Sequence record: MZ501058 | Direction: 5' to 3' (one strand) | DNA length: 64,000 bases | DNA from: Escherichia phage DaisyDussoix | In this document: positions 20,902 through 30,429 of the stretch, in pieces | Layout: each line of letters opens with the position of its first letter | Numbering within the stretch: position 1 is the first letter of the stretch | Position numbers and translations under genes: made by a program | Notes under the pieces: model-generated | The model's input: the letters and a program-made list of their open reading frames with translations, nothing else | The model's database searches: none | Told to the model about the DNA's origin: nothing

Positions 20902-23900
20902 TGGCACTTAAAACTAAAATTATTGTACAGCAGATTCTGAACATAGATGACACTACAACTACTGCTAGTAAGTATCCTAAATATACAGTAGTTTTAGGAA
21001 ATTCTATTACTGCTGGTGAATTAACTGCTGCTTCTGCGGCAGCAGCAAAAGATTCTGAAATTGCTGCTAAAGATTCTGAGAATAAAGCAAAAGATTCAGA
21101 AAACATGGCTGGTATCTATGCTACTTCCTCTGAAACATCTGCAACCCAATCAGCGGCATCTGCGGCCGAAGCTAAAAAACAAGCTGGTTTATCTCAGAAG
21201 AGTGCTGAAGCATCAGCTACATCGGCGGAAGAGTCTAAAGGATTTAGAGATTCTGCTGAATTAGCTGCTCAAAATGCTGAAACTAGTCGTAGACTTGCAG
21301 AACAAGCTAAAACAGCTGCGCAACAAGCTCAAACAGCTGCAGAAGCTGCTAAGACTGGTGCTGAAACAGCTAAAGATGGAGCTGATGCTGCTGCTACCAC
21401 TGCTGGCGAACATGCTGCTGCTGCTAAACAATCAGAACTAAACGCTAAGATTTCTGAAACTAATGCTGCTGGTTCTGCTACTGAAGCTGGTGATAAAGCT
21501 ATCGATGCTACTACTGAGGCTAATCGCGCTAAAGCAGAAGCTGATCGTGCAACTCAGATTGTTGATAATAAACTTGATAAGGTAGATATTTCTGGTTTCA
21601 TCAAAGTTTATAAGACTAAAGCAGAAGCCGATGCTGATGTTGGAAATCGTGTACTAGGGGAGAAGATCCTAGTATGGAATCAAACTGATTCAAAATATGG
21701 TTGGTATAAAGTTGCTGGTACTGCTGAAGCTCCTGTTCTAGAGTTAGTAGAAATAGAGCAAAAGCTAGTTTCTATTAACAACGTTCACGCAGATGATGCA
21801 GGTAACGTACAGATCACACTTCCTGGTGGTAACCCGTCTCTGTGGCTAGGTGAAGTTACTTGGTTCCCTTATAACAAGGATTCAGGTGTTGGTTACCCTG
21901 GTGTTCTACCTGCTGATGGCCGTGAAGTTCTTCGTGTGGACTATCCAGATACTTGGGAGGCTATTGAGGCTGGCTTAATTCCTTCTGTATCAGAAGCTGA
22001 ATGGCAAGCTGGTGCGTCTCTTTACTTCTCTACTGGTGATGGCTCTACAACCTTCCGTCTACCAGATATGATGCAAGGACAGGCATTCCGTGCACCAACT
22101 AAAGGTGAAGAAGATGCTGGTGCTATCAAAGAACAAATCCCTTATATCACTACGGTGAATGGGATTGGTCCTGCTGACGATACTGGAGCTATTAAGCTAC
22201 CTTACGTGGCGATGGTTAACGGAGCTATTATACCAGATGAGAACGGGAACCTAGCACTAGGTAACGTTGTTACTAAGAATGTTTGGAATGGTACTGATGG
22301 AGAAGTTCTACTTCGCGGTGCTTTTGGTTTAGGTGGTGCTGGTATTGCGTTAAATGAACCAGATCTAGTATCCTTCTTTAAAGCTATGAGGGCCTTTGGT
22401 TCTGGATATTATCGCAATGACACTGGATTTGACGGCTTGCCTGCATATGCTGCAGGTTTCTATTCCAGAGTAGCAGATACTAACTCATTTATCTGTCCAG
22501 CGTATGGTAGTGCCTCAGTATTTGTAGCCGCAATCAATGATGGTGGTTTAGATGGTGAAAACCCTACTGTTCATACTAATATTCTTTATGGTACTGTTAA
22601 TAAGCCGGATTTAAATGGGGATACTCAAGGTGTCTTAAGTCTAGCTAAAGGCGGTACTGGAGCTACCACAGTTGGTGCCGCTAGGAAAGCTTTAGAAGTT
22701 GGTGGAGTTTTCTGTAATGATAGTCCCGCTGATGCTGCTTTCAATTCCCTCCAGAGCCCTGCTGGTATTCATGAGTTTAGAATAACTAATGATGGAACAT
22801 GGGGTGTCTGGAAGAAGGGTGAAGAAACGGTAGCTGCGTTGCCTATAGGCTCTGGAGGTACGGGAGCTACTGATAAAGTTGCTGCACGTGATAACTTTGG
22901 ATTGGGGTATCATAATACTCCTAGATTTACTGGGGTAGATCTATCTAACCCCGAAAGTATACCCTATAGTGGTATCCTTAACCTAAATAGGCTAAAGGAA
23001 TCTGATCAAAATGTTATTACTCAGGGTAGAATCTATCATGAGATGCAATCAGGCTTGGCTAAAATTACCCTTCATATTAACAATACTTTAAATGGTGCAA
23101 ACCGTTATATACAGTTTATAGAAAATGGTGATTTAACTGGGCTACAGAATGTACATGCAGTTAACTACCTTGCAAGTGGTTATGTTACAGCCCAGGGATG
23201 GATCAAAGGCGGGGAAAAAATCTATATACAGCAAACAGGTGGGGGCAACAGGGAAATTAGTATGGCTGTACCTACTCCTAATAATGACCCTGGTGCTGGT
23301 TCTTGGGTTAACTTACTACAGGGTAACTGGTATAACGGTTACTGGCAAGTAGGTGGTATCCGTGGTAGTGGACCGGACTTAGACTGCCTCCGTATTGGAG
23401 TTACTAATAGTGGTACAGATTGGAAAGAGTTTAACTTCTATAACTCTTTCGGTGGGCACATAACTGCTCAAAGAGGTTTTCGTGGTCAGTGTATCCAAGG
23501 ATCTTGGGGCTTAGAGTGGAATTACATGGGTGCCCCATTTCATGCAGAGTCTGTAATAAATAATGATGGTGGTTGGTCTCCATTTGTTTCTGGTGGTACT
23601 GTATCTACAGGAGGCTACTCACTACGTGTTGGGCTTGGATGTATTTCTAATGGTAACGCTGCATGGCCTGATGCTGCTCTTAAGTTAAATGGGGATGGCC
23701 AGTTCCACCGTTCATTCACCTTTAGAACAAATGGTAGCATATATACTTGGGGTAATGATCCTTGGGGAGGTAACTATGACATTGCTATGAACCCTTCTTC
23801 AGATAGAGATATCAAAAGAGATATTAATTATGATGATGGGTTAGCCTCCTATGAGAATATAAAGCAATTTAAACCTACCACATTTATCTATAAACTAGAT

Positions 23901-24224
23901 AAGTATAATCGTGTACGCCGTGGTGTTATTGCTCAAGATCTTTATAAAATTGACCCTGAGTACGTAAAACTGGTTCCTGGTTCTCCAATTATAGAAATCC
24001 CAGAACATCATTGCTGTAATGGTGAAGCTGAGAATGCAGAAGGTAAGATCATTGGTTATAATGATGATACCCTAGCCTTAGATATCAACCCAATTGCTAT
24101 TGATACAGCTTTAGCAGTTCGTTACTTATCTCTAAAGTTCGAAGAGTCCCAGGAAGAACTGAAGTCCGTTAAGGCAGAACTGGCAGAGTTAAAAGCTCTA
24201 GTAGCCACTCTGGTAAATAAGTAA
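20901..24224 (+). CDS. ltfA: L-shaped tail fibre protein A with C-terminal intramolecular chaperone (autoproteolytic) domain
   Basis: 1107 aa; Ala-rich N-terminal repeats, GGTGAT fibre repeats, C-terminal SDRDIKRDINYDDG...IAQDLYKIDPEYV chaperone-type module. Confidence 0.8.
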   Translation: MALKTKIIVQQILNIDDTTTTASKYPKYTVVLGNSITAGELTAASAAAAKDSEIAAKDSENKAKDSENMAGIYATSSETSATQSAASAAEAKKQAGLSQKSAEASATSAEESKGFRDSAELAAQNAETSRRLAEQAKTAAQQAQTAAEAAKTGAETAKDGADAAATTAGEHAAAAKQSELNAKISETNAAGSATEAGDKAIDATTEANRAKAEADRATQIVDNKLDKVDISGFIKVYKTKAEADADVGNRVLGEKILVWNQTDSKYGWYKVAGTAEAPVLELVEIEQKLVSINNVHADDAGNVQITLPGGNPSLWLGEVTWFPYNKDSGVGYPGVLPADGREVLRVDYPDTWEAIEAGLIPSVSEAEWQAGASLYFSTGDGSTTFRLPDMMQGQAFRAPTKGEEDAGAIKEQIPYITTVNGIGPADDTGAIKLPYVAMVNGAIIPDENGNLALGNVVTKNVWNGTDGEVLLRGAFGLGGAGIALNEPDLVSFFKAMRAFGSGYYRNDTGFDGLPAYAAGFYSRVADTNSFICPAYGSASVFVAAINDGGLDGENPTVHTNILYGTVNKPDLNGDTQGVLSLAKGGTGATTVGAARKALEVGGVFCNDSPADAAFNSLQSPAGIHEFRITNDGTWGVWKKGEETVAALPIGSGGTGATDKVAARDNFGLGYHNTPRFTGVDLSNPESIPYSGILNLNRLKESDQNVITQGRIYHEMQSGLAKITLHINNTLNGANRYIQFIENGDLTGLQNVHAVNYLASGYVTAQGWIKGGEKIYIQQTGGGNREISMAVPTPNNDPGAGSWVNLLQGNWYNGYWQVGGIRGSGPDLDCLRIGVTNSGTDWKEFNFYNSFGGHITAQRGFRGQCIQGSWGLEWNYMGAPFHAESVINNDGGWSPFVSGGTVSTGGYSLRVGLGCISNGNAAWPDAALKLNGDGQFHRSFTFRTNGSIYTWGNDPWGGNYDIAMNPSSDRDIKRDINYDDGLASYENIKQFKPTTFIYKLDKYNRVRRGVIAQDLYKIDPEYVKLVPGSPIIEIPEHHCCNGEAENAEGKIIGYNDDTLALDINPIAIDTALAVRYLSLKFEESQEELKSVKAELAELKALVATLVNK
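21048..21110 (+). repeat. three tandem 21-bp in-frame repeats in ltfA (KDSEIAA/KDSENKA/KDSENMA)
   Basis: AAAGATTCTGAAATTGCTGCT / AAAGATTCTGAGAATAAAGCA / AAAGATTCAGAAAACATGGCT read directly. Confidence 0.8.
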
Positions 24225-24266
24225 GAGTATAGGGGAGTAACCTCCCCTATTTACTAAGGAAATACT

Positions 24267-26510
24267 ATGTCACGTAATTTAATGCCTAAATCTGGCGCAA
24301 TGGCGCCTTACGTAGTAGTTAACAGAGACGCCGCAGTTGCCGGCGTTTTCTCTGTTGATGGAGAAGCTGGTGCTGTTGTACTAACTTCTAAATACCTACA
24401 AATTACAAAATATAACTTAGATCAGCAAGAACTTAATACGCGTTTAACTGGTATTGATAGCTCTATCAAAAGTAATACTAATGCTATTGGGAATATCAAT
24501 ACTGCTCTTAGTAGTATGAATACCACTATAGATAGTAAAGCTGCTAAAGGTGCTAATAACGATATTACAGAACTAAATGCACTTACTAAGGCTATTACTG
24601 TAGCTCAGGGTGGGACAGGTGCTACTTCTCCAGATGGAGCACGTTTAGCATTAGAATTAAACCATCTTACTAAGTCAGCAGATGTTTCATATATGTCATC
24701 CCCCGATAGTTCAAAGTTATTTTATGTTAATAACGATGGGACTTGGGGAGTTACTGCTAATGGTGGAGGAACTAACTATGCCTTACCTATTACTCAAGGT
24801 GGTACAGGTGCTATTAGTGCTGCTGAGGCACTAGTTAAGCTAATGGATGGTAAACCATTACCATTAGCTGCAGACGGGCAAGCTCCTTATGATGCTGTGA
24901 CGGTAAGACAATTAGCTAATATTTCTGGTGGCGGCAACGCTAGCATGAGTGGGGTTATGAATAACTTCATTGGTGCTGTAGAATGGTTTAACGGTAACCG
25001 TACTAAACTGCCAGCCGGCTATATACCAGCAGATGGTCAGTTAGTTAGCCGTACTGATGCTAAAACAGCAGATCTATGGTCTGCGGTATCTAGTGGTCTA
25101 TTTTACTCTGTTTCCGACGCTTTATGGATTAATAGTGGGGATCCTGTTAGACCCTGCGCTTGGAGAGCTTCCTACTCTACTGGTGATGGTTCTACTACTT
25201 TCCGAGTTCCAGATCTTAACGGTACTCAGTTAAATAGTATTAAGCATTTATTTTTATCTGGTAGTTCAGGTGCTACTAATGAACCTTCGGCTAATCAGGT
25301 GTGGAATCAGGTTGCTCCCAATATTACTGGTACTTTCTACACTCATGGTAGTAACGCAGATGCTGCAGATGCCATGGGGGCTTTTTATTTAAATGCTCAA
25401 GATACAGGTGGTTCACTTACTGTAGGAGGTCCAGATAAGGGAGACCACTTAGGATTTTCGGCCTCTAGAAGTAGCAAGACATATGGTCGTGGTGTGGCTT
25501 ACCAACCAGACCCTGGTGGTACCAGCCCTATTGGTGATCTATACCCTAACCATGCAGCCGGTATTTGGATTATCCGTGCTAACGGTTCTTTTAACGCTGC
25601 TGGTTCACAGTATCATGTTATTAACGGAGATTCTACACGCCCTGCTGATGGAACTAATACTTATGGGGGCTTTGCATATAGCGACTACAGAGTAGGGGAA
25701 GTAGTTAATCACTCAGCTTTAATAGTAAGTGCCAAAAGATTTGGTAATCCTTATAGTGTTGCTGTTCTACAAGCGCATAATATGGAGAATGGGGATCTTG
25801 CTAACTTAGAAGTACAATCTAATGGTGTTGTTAACTTACCTACTTCGATTAATAATAAATCCTGGATAAAAGCTTCGGGGGCCAATGGCCTACATTTAGA
25901 GGCTACTACTACTACTACGGATCTACATACTATGCCTGGTGGGGGTTGTGGTGTATCTCCGGCAGATAGAAATGCTATCGAGTTGAATAATGCCCCAGGT
26001 GCTGTAGGTTCTGGTGGTTATGTTAACTGGCTGCAAGGATGGTGGTATGACGATAGGTTCCAATTTGGGACTGTTCGTAGTGGTTCTGTTGTATTGGCTG
26101 CTGTAGCCTTAACTATATATTCTAATACATTTGGGCTAAAACAGTGGTTCTTTAGAGCTAGTGATGGTAGGATTGCTTCCACTGCAGGTACTATTGCTAT
26201 TGAAGGTTCGGATATCAAACTTAAGGAGAATATAGTTAGAGCATCCGAAGGGGCCTTAGATAGAATAACTAAAATCACTCCTAGAGAGTTTGACTGGAAA
26301 GCTGGGGGTAGGCATGATAGAGGATATATTGCTCAGGAATTACGTGATGTAGATCCTACCTATGTATATTCATCAACCGTTGGGGAAGGAGAAGAGGTAT
26401 TAAATGTTAGTACATCTGCTCTGATTTCTGACTTAATAGCTGCTGTTACAGCTCTTAAACAAGAGTTAGATTCTGCCAAATTAGAAATTAAAAAGCTGAA
26501 AGCTAAATAA
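24267..26510 (+). CDS. ltfB: L-shaped tail fibre protein B with C-terminal intramolecular chaperone domain
   Basis: 747 aa; shares STGDGSTTFR.PD, GGTGAT and NDGTWGV motifs with ltfA; C-terminal SDIKLKENI...IAQELRDVDPTYV module. Confidence 0.75.
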   Translation: MSRNLMPKSGAMAPYVVVNRDAAVAGVFSVDGEAGAVVLTSKYLQITKYNLDQQELNTRLTGIDSSIKSNTNAIGNINTALSSMNTTIDSKAAKGANNDITELNALTKAITVAQGGTGATSPDGARLALELNHLTKSADVSYMSSPDSSKLFYVNNDGTWGVTANGGGTNYALPITQGGTGAISAAEALVKLMDGKPLPLAADGQAPYDAVTVRQLANISGGGNASMSGVMNNFIGAVEWFNGNRTKLPAGYIPADGQLVSRTDAKTADLWSAVSSGLFYSVSDALWINSGDPVRPCAWRASYSTGDGSTTFRVPDLNGTQLNSIKHLFLSGSSGATNEPSANQVWNQVAPNITGTFYTHGSNADAADAMGAFYLNAQDTGGSLTVGGPDKGDHLGFSASRSSKTYGRGVAYQPDPGGTSPIGDLYPNHAAGIWIIRANGSFNAAGSQYHVINGDSTRPADGTNTYGGFAYSDYRVGEVVNHSALIVSAKRFGNPYSVAVLQAHNMENGDLANLEVQSNGVVNLPTSINNKSWIKASGANGLHLEATTTTTDLHTMPGGGCGVSPADRNAIELNNAPGAVGSGGYVNWLQGWWYDDRFQFGTVRSGSVVLAAVALTIYSNTFGLKQWFFRASDGRIASTAGTIAIEGSDIKLKENIVRASEGALDRITKITPREFDWKAGGRHDRGYIAQELRDVDPTYVYSSTVGEGEEVLNVSTSALISDLIAAVTALKQELDSAKLEIKKLKAK

Positions 26511-26548
26511 AATAAAACCCCCGGTGGATTGTCCACCGGGGGTTTTTT
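26511..26548. terminator. bidirectional rho-independent terminator at convergent late/early junction
   Basis: 11-bp GC-rich stem CCCCCGGTGGA / TCCACCGGGGG flanked by an A run on one side and T6 on the other. Confidence 0.85.
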
Positions 26549-26551
26549 CTA

Positions 26552-26824
26552 TTATTCTTTACTGCCCGCGATAACACCTAAATTATATACGGCAAGCATA
26601 GCCCTAAGGGTAGGATCTTGAGACTCAGAACATAGGTTAATAAAACCTTCTTCATCCCACTGCTCTACATTGCCAAACATATCCACTTTTAATACTACCT
26701 TATCAAGTGTAGGTGGTGCTACAATCACATCATAGAAATTCGGGTGTTGATTAACATCAATCTCTATTTGAGTAGGGTCAACAAAATTACTTACTTCCTG
26801 AGCTTCCAAATCCACCTTCTCCAC
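26552..26824 (-). CDS. hypothetical protein
   Basis: 90 aa; GTG start with GAGGAG SD 6 nt upstream; overlaps 3' end of dut by 38 nt. Confidence 0.45.
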   Translation of the reverse strand: MEKVDLEAQEVSNFVDPTQIEIDVNQHPNFYDVIVAPPTLDKVVLKVDMFGNVEQWDEEGFINLCSESQDPTLRAMLAVYNLGVIAGSKE

Positions 26825-27233
26825 GTACAGTCTCCTCTAGTTCGTCAACTATTTTAAAATTATGGGTTGAGTAGTGTGGTACTACCACCAACTGACAAAG
26901 TCTTTCGAAATTCTCTAAAGTTTGTATTTCAGAACCGTAGTTATAAAGGTTCATCTTAATAGTACCACGGTAGTCTGAGTCAATCACTCCTGCAGTGTTT
27001 GCGATCATCAGATGACGCTTACCTAAAGAGCTGCGAGGAACTACCAAACCGAACCAACCTCGCGGAATTTCTACCGCGACACCGGTGTCAATCATTAAGG
27101 ATTTGCCTGGTGCAATAGCACGTAAATCTGCAGCAGGGTTAGTACCAAAGAATGCTCGCAGATCCATACCTGCGGCATCTTCGGAGCCAATCTTAGGCAT
27201 ACAATCTGGATGAGTTAATTTAATTTTAATCAT
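26787..27233 (-). CDS. dut: dUTPase (trimeric dUTP pyrophosphatase)
   Basis: 148 aa; motifs AAGMDLRA, PRGWFGLVVPRSSLG, GVIDSDYRG, C-terminal RGEGGFGSSG. Confidence 0.9.
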   Translation of the reverse strand: MIKIKLTHPDCMPKIGSEDAAGMDLRAFFGTNPAADLRAIAPGKSLMIDTGVAVEIPRGWFGLVVPRSSLGKRHLMIANTAGVIDSDYRGTIKMNLYNYGSEIQTLENFERLCQLVVVPHYSTHNFKIVDELEETVRGEGGFGSSGSK

Positions 27234-28105
27234 TGTTCTGCAATCTCCAAAATATCTTTTGTAAATTTATCTAATACATCTTGACCTACAGCAGCAATAG
27301 CATCCACACAGTAGGTAGGTAAATCAACCAGAATTAAGTTTCGATAAAGCAATTCTTCCGAAGCATTTAAATTCCGTATATATTTCTGTTTTCCAGGCAG
27401 TGGAAGCTGATCAATAATATCCAGAACGTTACCAAATTCACGAATAATATTATACCCGCGTTTTGCCCCAATACCCTCAACACCACGGATATTATCTCCT
27501 AAATCACCCATAATTGCTTTCAGAGAGATAAACTGCTCTACATCGTCAACATTATGATGCTCATACATATCACGAAGATGGTATTCACGACGTGTTGTGA
27601 AAGAGAAGCGAGATACTTTATCAGTTAATAAAGTATCCCAGTCACCGTCAGTAGAAATCAGCCAAACGTGATCATATAGATGTCCAATGAGTTTAACGAT
27701 ATAAGCAGCCATATCATCTGCTTCTACACCACGAATAGTGAATGTTGGGAATGTAGTTTCACATAATTCGAAAGCATCTTTCAAATACTCGAAGAACTGC
27801 TCATCTAGTGCTTTCTCCTCTTCCGTACGCTGCGAGTATTTCTCATCTCGATTCCCCTTATACTCAGGGAGATGCTCTAAGCGGAATGCAGACTTCCCTT
27901 TATCCCCTAAAACTATTGTAGTTCTAGCAGAATAAGATTTTGCAAGAGACTGAATAGTGGAAACATAACTTGAGGCAAATGGTTTTTTACTGTTGTTATG
28001 TTTGAAGCGAAAGCCTAAGTTAGTTCCATCGACAATCATTAGGTTACGACGGGAAGCCATTTCAGCTTCCTCTTCTTCAATAAATTTTCCCCAGGATTTA
28101 CTCAT
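27230..28105 (-). CDS. flap endonuclease / 5'-3' exonuclease (T5 D15-like)
   Basis: 291 aa; N-terminal LMIVDGTNLGFR and acidic metal-binding residues typical of FEN/5' nuclease family; ATGA overlap with dut. Confidence 0.9.
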   Translation of the reverse strand: MSKSWGKFIEEEEAEMASRRNLMIVDGTNLGFRFKHNNSKKPFASSYVSTIQSLAKSYSARTTIVLGDKGKSAFRLEHLPEYKGNRDEKYSQRTEEEKALDEQFFEYLKDAFELCETTFPTFTIRGVEADDMAAYIVKLIGHLYDHVWLISTDGDWDTLLTDKVSRFSFTTRREYHLRDMYEHHNVDDVEQFISLKAIMGDLGDNIRGVEGIGAKRGYNIIREFGNVLDIIDQLPLPGKQKYIRNLNASEELLYRNLILVDLPTYCVDAIAAVGQDVLDKFTKDILEIAEQ

Positions 28106-28587
28106 TATTTAATTAAGTCCTCAACAGATGCATTATGTAGCCACGGCTCAAATAAACCGATTACGATTTCCATGCCTTTCTTATTTAACACCATATGGGT
28201 ACGACTCATTAAGTTGTCAACCATCGGGTCTGAGCTATCCAAAGCTATTAACCACTGTCCTCTGTCTTTTTTGAATATTAATGCAGGTTTGGAGTTCATC
28301 TGCTCACCTTCACGTGAGCACTGCTGCCACCACTTCTCTAGAGTGGATTCACCAACATTAAATAAATTACTTGATATATTATCATCTTTATACCACTTAA
28401 CTTCGAAGCAGTATTTACTAATGTGTCCGCTTTGTGGTGGAAGGTAGATGTCACCCTTCAGTCCGTGGCTCTGGCCAAAAGCACCAGAGCCAGGAACACG
28501 TTCCCACTCAAGACCTGTACGCTCACGTAGAATATCCCTTACCTGATATTCACCACGTTTACCTTTCTCTCTACTATCTACAGCCAT
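28105..28587 (-). CDS. hypothetical protein, possible PD-(D/E)xK nuclease / junction-resolvase-like
   Basis: 160 aa; spaced E...D...E.K pattern (GEYQVRD...GDIY...FEVK); motif-level only. Confidence 0.35.
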   Translation of the reverse strand: MAVDSREKGKRGEYQVRDILRERTGLEWERVPGSGAFGQSHGLKGDIYLPPQSGHISKYCFEVKWYKDDNISSNLFNVGESTLEKWWQQCSREGEQMNSKPALIFKKDRGQWLIALDSSDPMVDNLMSRTHMVLNKKGMEIVIGLFEPWLHNASVEDLIK

Positions 28588-28590
28588 GTT

Positions 28591-30429
28591 TTATTCTAAG
28601 TAGGAAAATCCTTCTGCATCTTTTTTAACTGTAATCTTATGGGCTAATGGATGCGTATGCCCATGAGAAACAATGATAGAATTTAGACTTTCTTCCTCAT
28701 TTAATAATTCAACAAGAGTGTCAAGTCCTTTCGTATCAATAAAGCTAATTACTTCATCAAGGAATAGAAGATTAATATTAACTTTACTAATAGATGTTAA
28801 CAGCATCCGAATAGCTAACAGGGTTGCTAGATTAATTCTACTTTGCTGACCAGTAGAGCAGTTCTCCATACTGGTACGATTTCCATCATTGAAGATTACT
28901 ACTTGTAACTTCGTTTCATCAAGTTCAAATCCAAGTGCGAATTTACCTCCAGTCATAATAGAAAGGTATTTATTAATTAATTCTTCGAATACTTTCACAC
29001 TATGCTCTAGTTTATATCCCACCAGATTTTTCAAAGCAGCAATTAGAATATCAAGATCAGCTACAGCTTCGGCTACTCCATCAAGTTTGGAAGTAATCTC
29101 AGACATTTCTGCTTCAGCTTTCTCAATCTGTTCTAGTTTCGCTTTATATTTTGCGTTGGCTAATTCGACATTTGCATTATGCTCTTTGGCAATTGCAACC
29201 TTAGAGCGGCCATCAGCGATTTCCTGTTCTAATTGTCGGATTTGCACCTGTAGGATTTGCACATTGAGTTCTTCAAAAGAAGCATCACTCATTGAATTTT
29301 TGAACTCGTCTCTAGCTACCACCGCTTTATCCAAAGCATCCTTTGCTCTAGTATACGCAACGTACTCAAGTTGTTCTTTCTTCAACTGTTCTAGCTTAGC
29401 TTCAAGAGATTGCTTCTCTTTGAACAGAGGGTCATATTCTACTCTAGCCATATCCATTGCTTTTTGAGCAGCAGTTGTATCCAGGTGAGTACCGCAAGTA
29501 GGGCATTCAGTATTTGAAGCCTCTTGCTTGAACTTCTGATAACGTTTCTTAACTTCGCTCGCACGTGAGGTCACAATCGTTAGGTCACGCGTAACACTCG
29601 AGATCTCTTCACTTTGGTCGGTGGGCGCGGGCAAATTTTTGAAAGGTTCGAAAGATTGTTCGGCAACTTGTACAGCTTTGTCCAAATTACGCAACTTAGT
29701 AATATTAGCCTCTTGAGACTTGGCTAATGCCGCCTTAATTTTCGATTCAGTAAGTTCTTGTGCTAATGGCTCTTCATCAAACTCCGGCACCTCTACAGGT
29801 TCCTGCAAAGTTCCTAGATTATTTTTTCCATTAAGGATTTTCGTAATTACAGCCATCTGGCCCTGCAAATTATTTAAGGTATTTGCTATTTCTTTACGGT
29901 CAGCCTTAATAGTTTCTGACATTTCTTTGTATTGCTCTTGATTGAACAAGTTAACAAGAAAAGCCTTACGTGTTGCATCTGTTGCTTTTAGGAAGTCTAG
30001 ATTAGAACCCACTGATTGATAAATCAGTTTGGTGAATGTTTGAAAGTCACCACCCATAATTTCTTCAATCATCTTATATGTTTGGGTTGCCGTATGCCCA
30101 CTAATATCTTCCCCATTCTTAATCAACGTTACTTTAGCAGTTGATTTAACTACTTTATGCAGCTCATACTCATCATCATCTTTCGAGAAATAAGCGTGCA
30201 TATCATATTCTTTCTTAGGGGCATTCCAAGAGAACAATGCATCCTTCTTGATACCTCGAGAGTTCTTGTTATAAAACAATTCCTCGATAACCGTAGCGAT
30301 GGTGGATTTCCCTAGCCCATTGCCACCAATTAGTTGAGTAACTGGATTCTTATCGAAATGAATTACGATGTCCTTACCGTAAGACATAACGTTACTAAAT
30401 TTTAGTGTCTTAATTGTAATCTTTGACAT
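28591..30429 (-). CDS. SbcC/Rad50-like recombination ATPase (T5 D13-like)
   Basis: Start set to ATG 30429 (MSKITIK); Walker A GGNGLGKST, coiled coil with CPTCG zinc hook, ABC signature STGQQSR, Walker B LLFLDE. Confidence 0.85.
   Translation of the reverse strand: MSKITIKTLKFSNVMSYGKDIVIHFDKNPVTQLIGGNGLGKSTIATVIEELFYNKNSRGIKKDALFSWNAPKKEYDMHAYFSKDDDEYELHKVVKSTAKVTLIKNGEDISGHTATQTYKMIEEIMGGDFQTFTKLIYQSVGSNLDFLKATDATRKAFLVNLFNQEQYKEMSETIKADRKEIANTLNNLQGQMAVITKILNGKNNLGTLQEPVEVPEFDEEPLAQELTESKIKAALAKSQEANITKLRNLDKAVQVAEQSFEPFKNLPAPTDQSEEISSVTRDLTIVTSRASEVKKRYQKFKQEASNTECPTCGTHLDTTAAQKAMDMARVEYDPLFKEKQSLEAKLEQLKKEQLEYVAYTRAKDALDKAVVARDEFKNSMSDASFEELNVQILQVQIRQLEQEIADGRSKVAIAKEHNANVELANAKYKAKLEQIEKAEAEMSEITSKLDGVAEAVADLDILIAALKNLVGYKLEHSVKVFEELINKYLSIMTGGKFALGFELDETKLQVVIFNDGNRTSMENCSTGQQSRINLATLLAIRMLLTSISKVNINLLFLDEVISFIDTKGLDTLVELLNEEESLNSIIVSHGHTHPLAHKITVKKDAEGFSYLE

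Noticed and set aside
24229-24250. Hairpin between ltfA and ltfB as a transcription terminator
   Set aside because: An AGGGGAG/CTCCCCT stem is present but is followed by TTTACT and then the ltfB SD; it probably does not fully terminate and may be an attenuator or processing site.
28889-29467. 192-aa plus-strand ORF, Ser/Ala-rich and low-complexity
   Set aside because: It lies antisense within the well-supported SbcC-like gene and has no start context; the same applies to antisense ORFs 29720-29941, 31451-32215, 31611-31910, 11320-11748 and 1095-1385.
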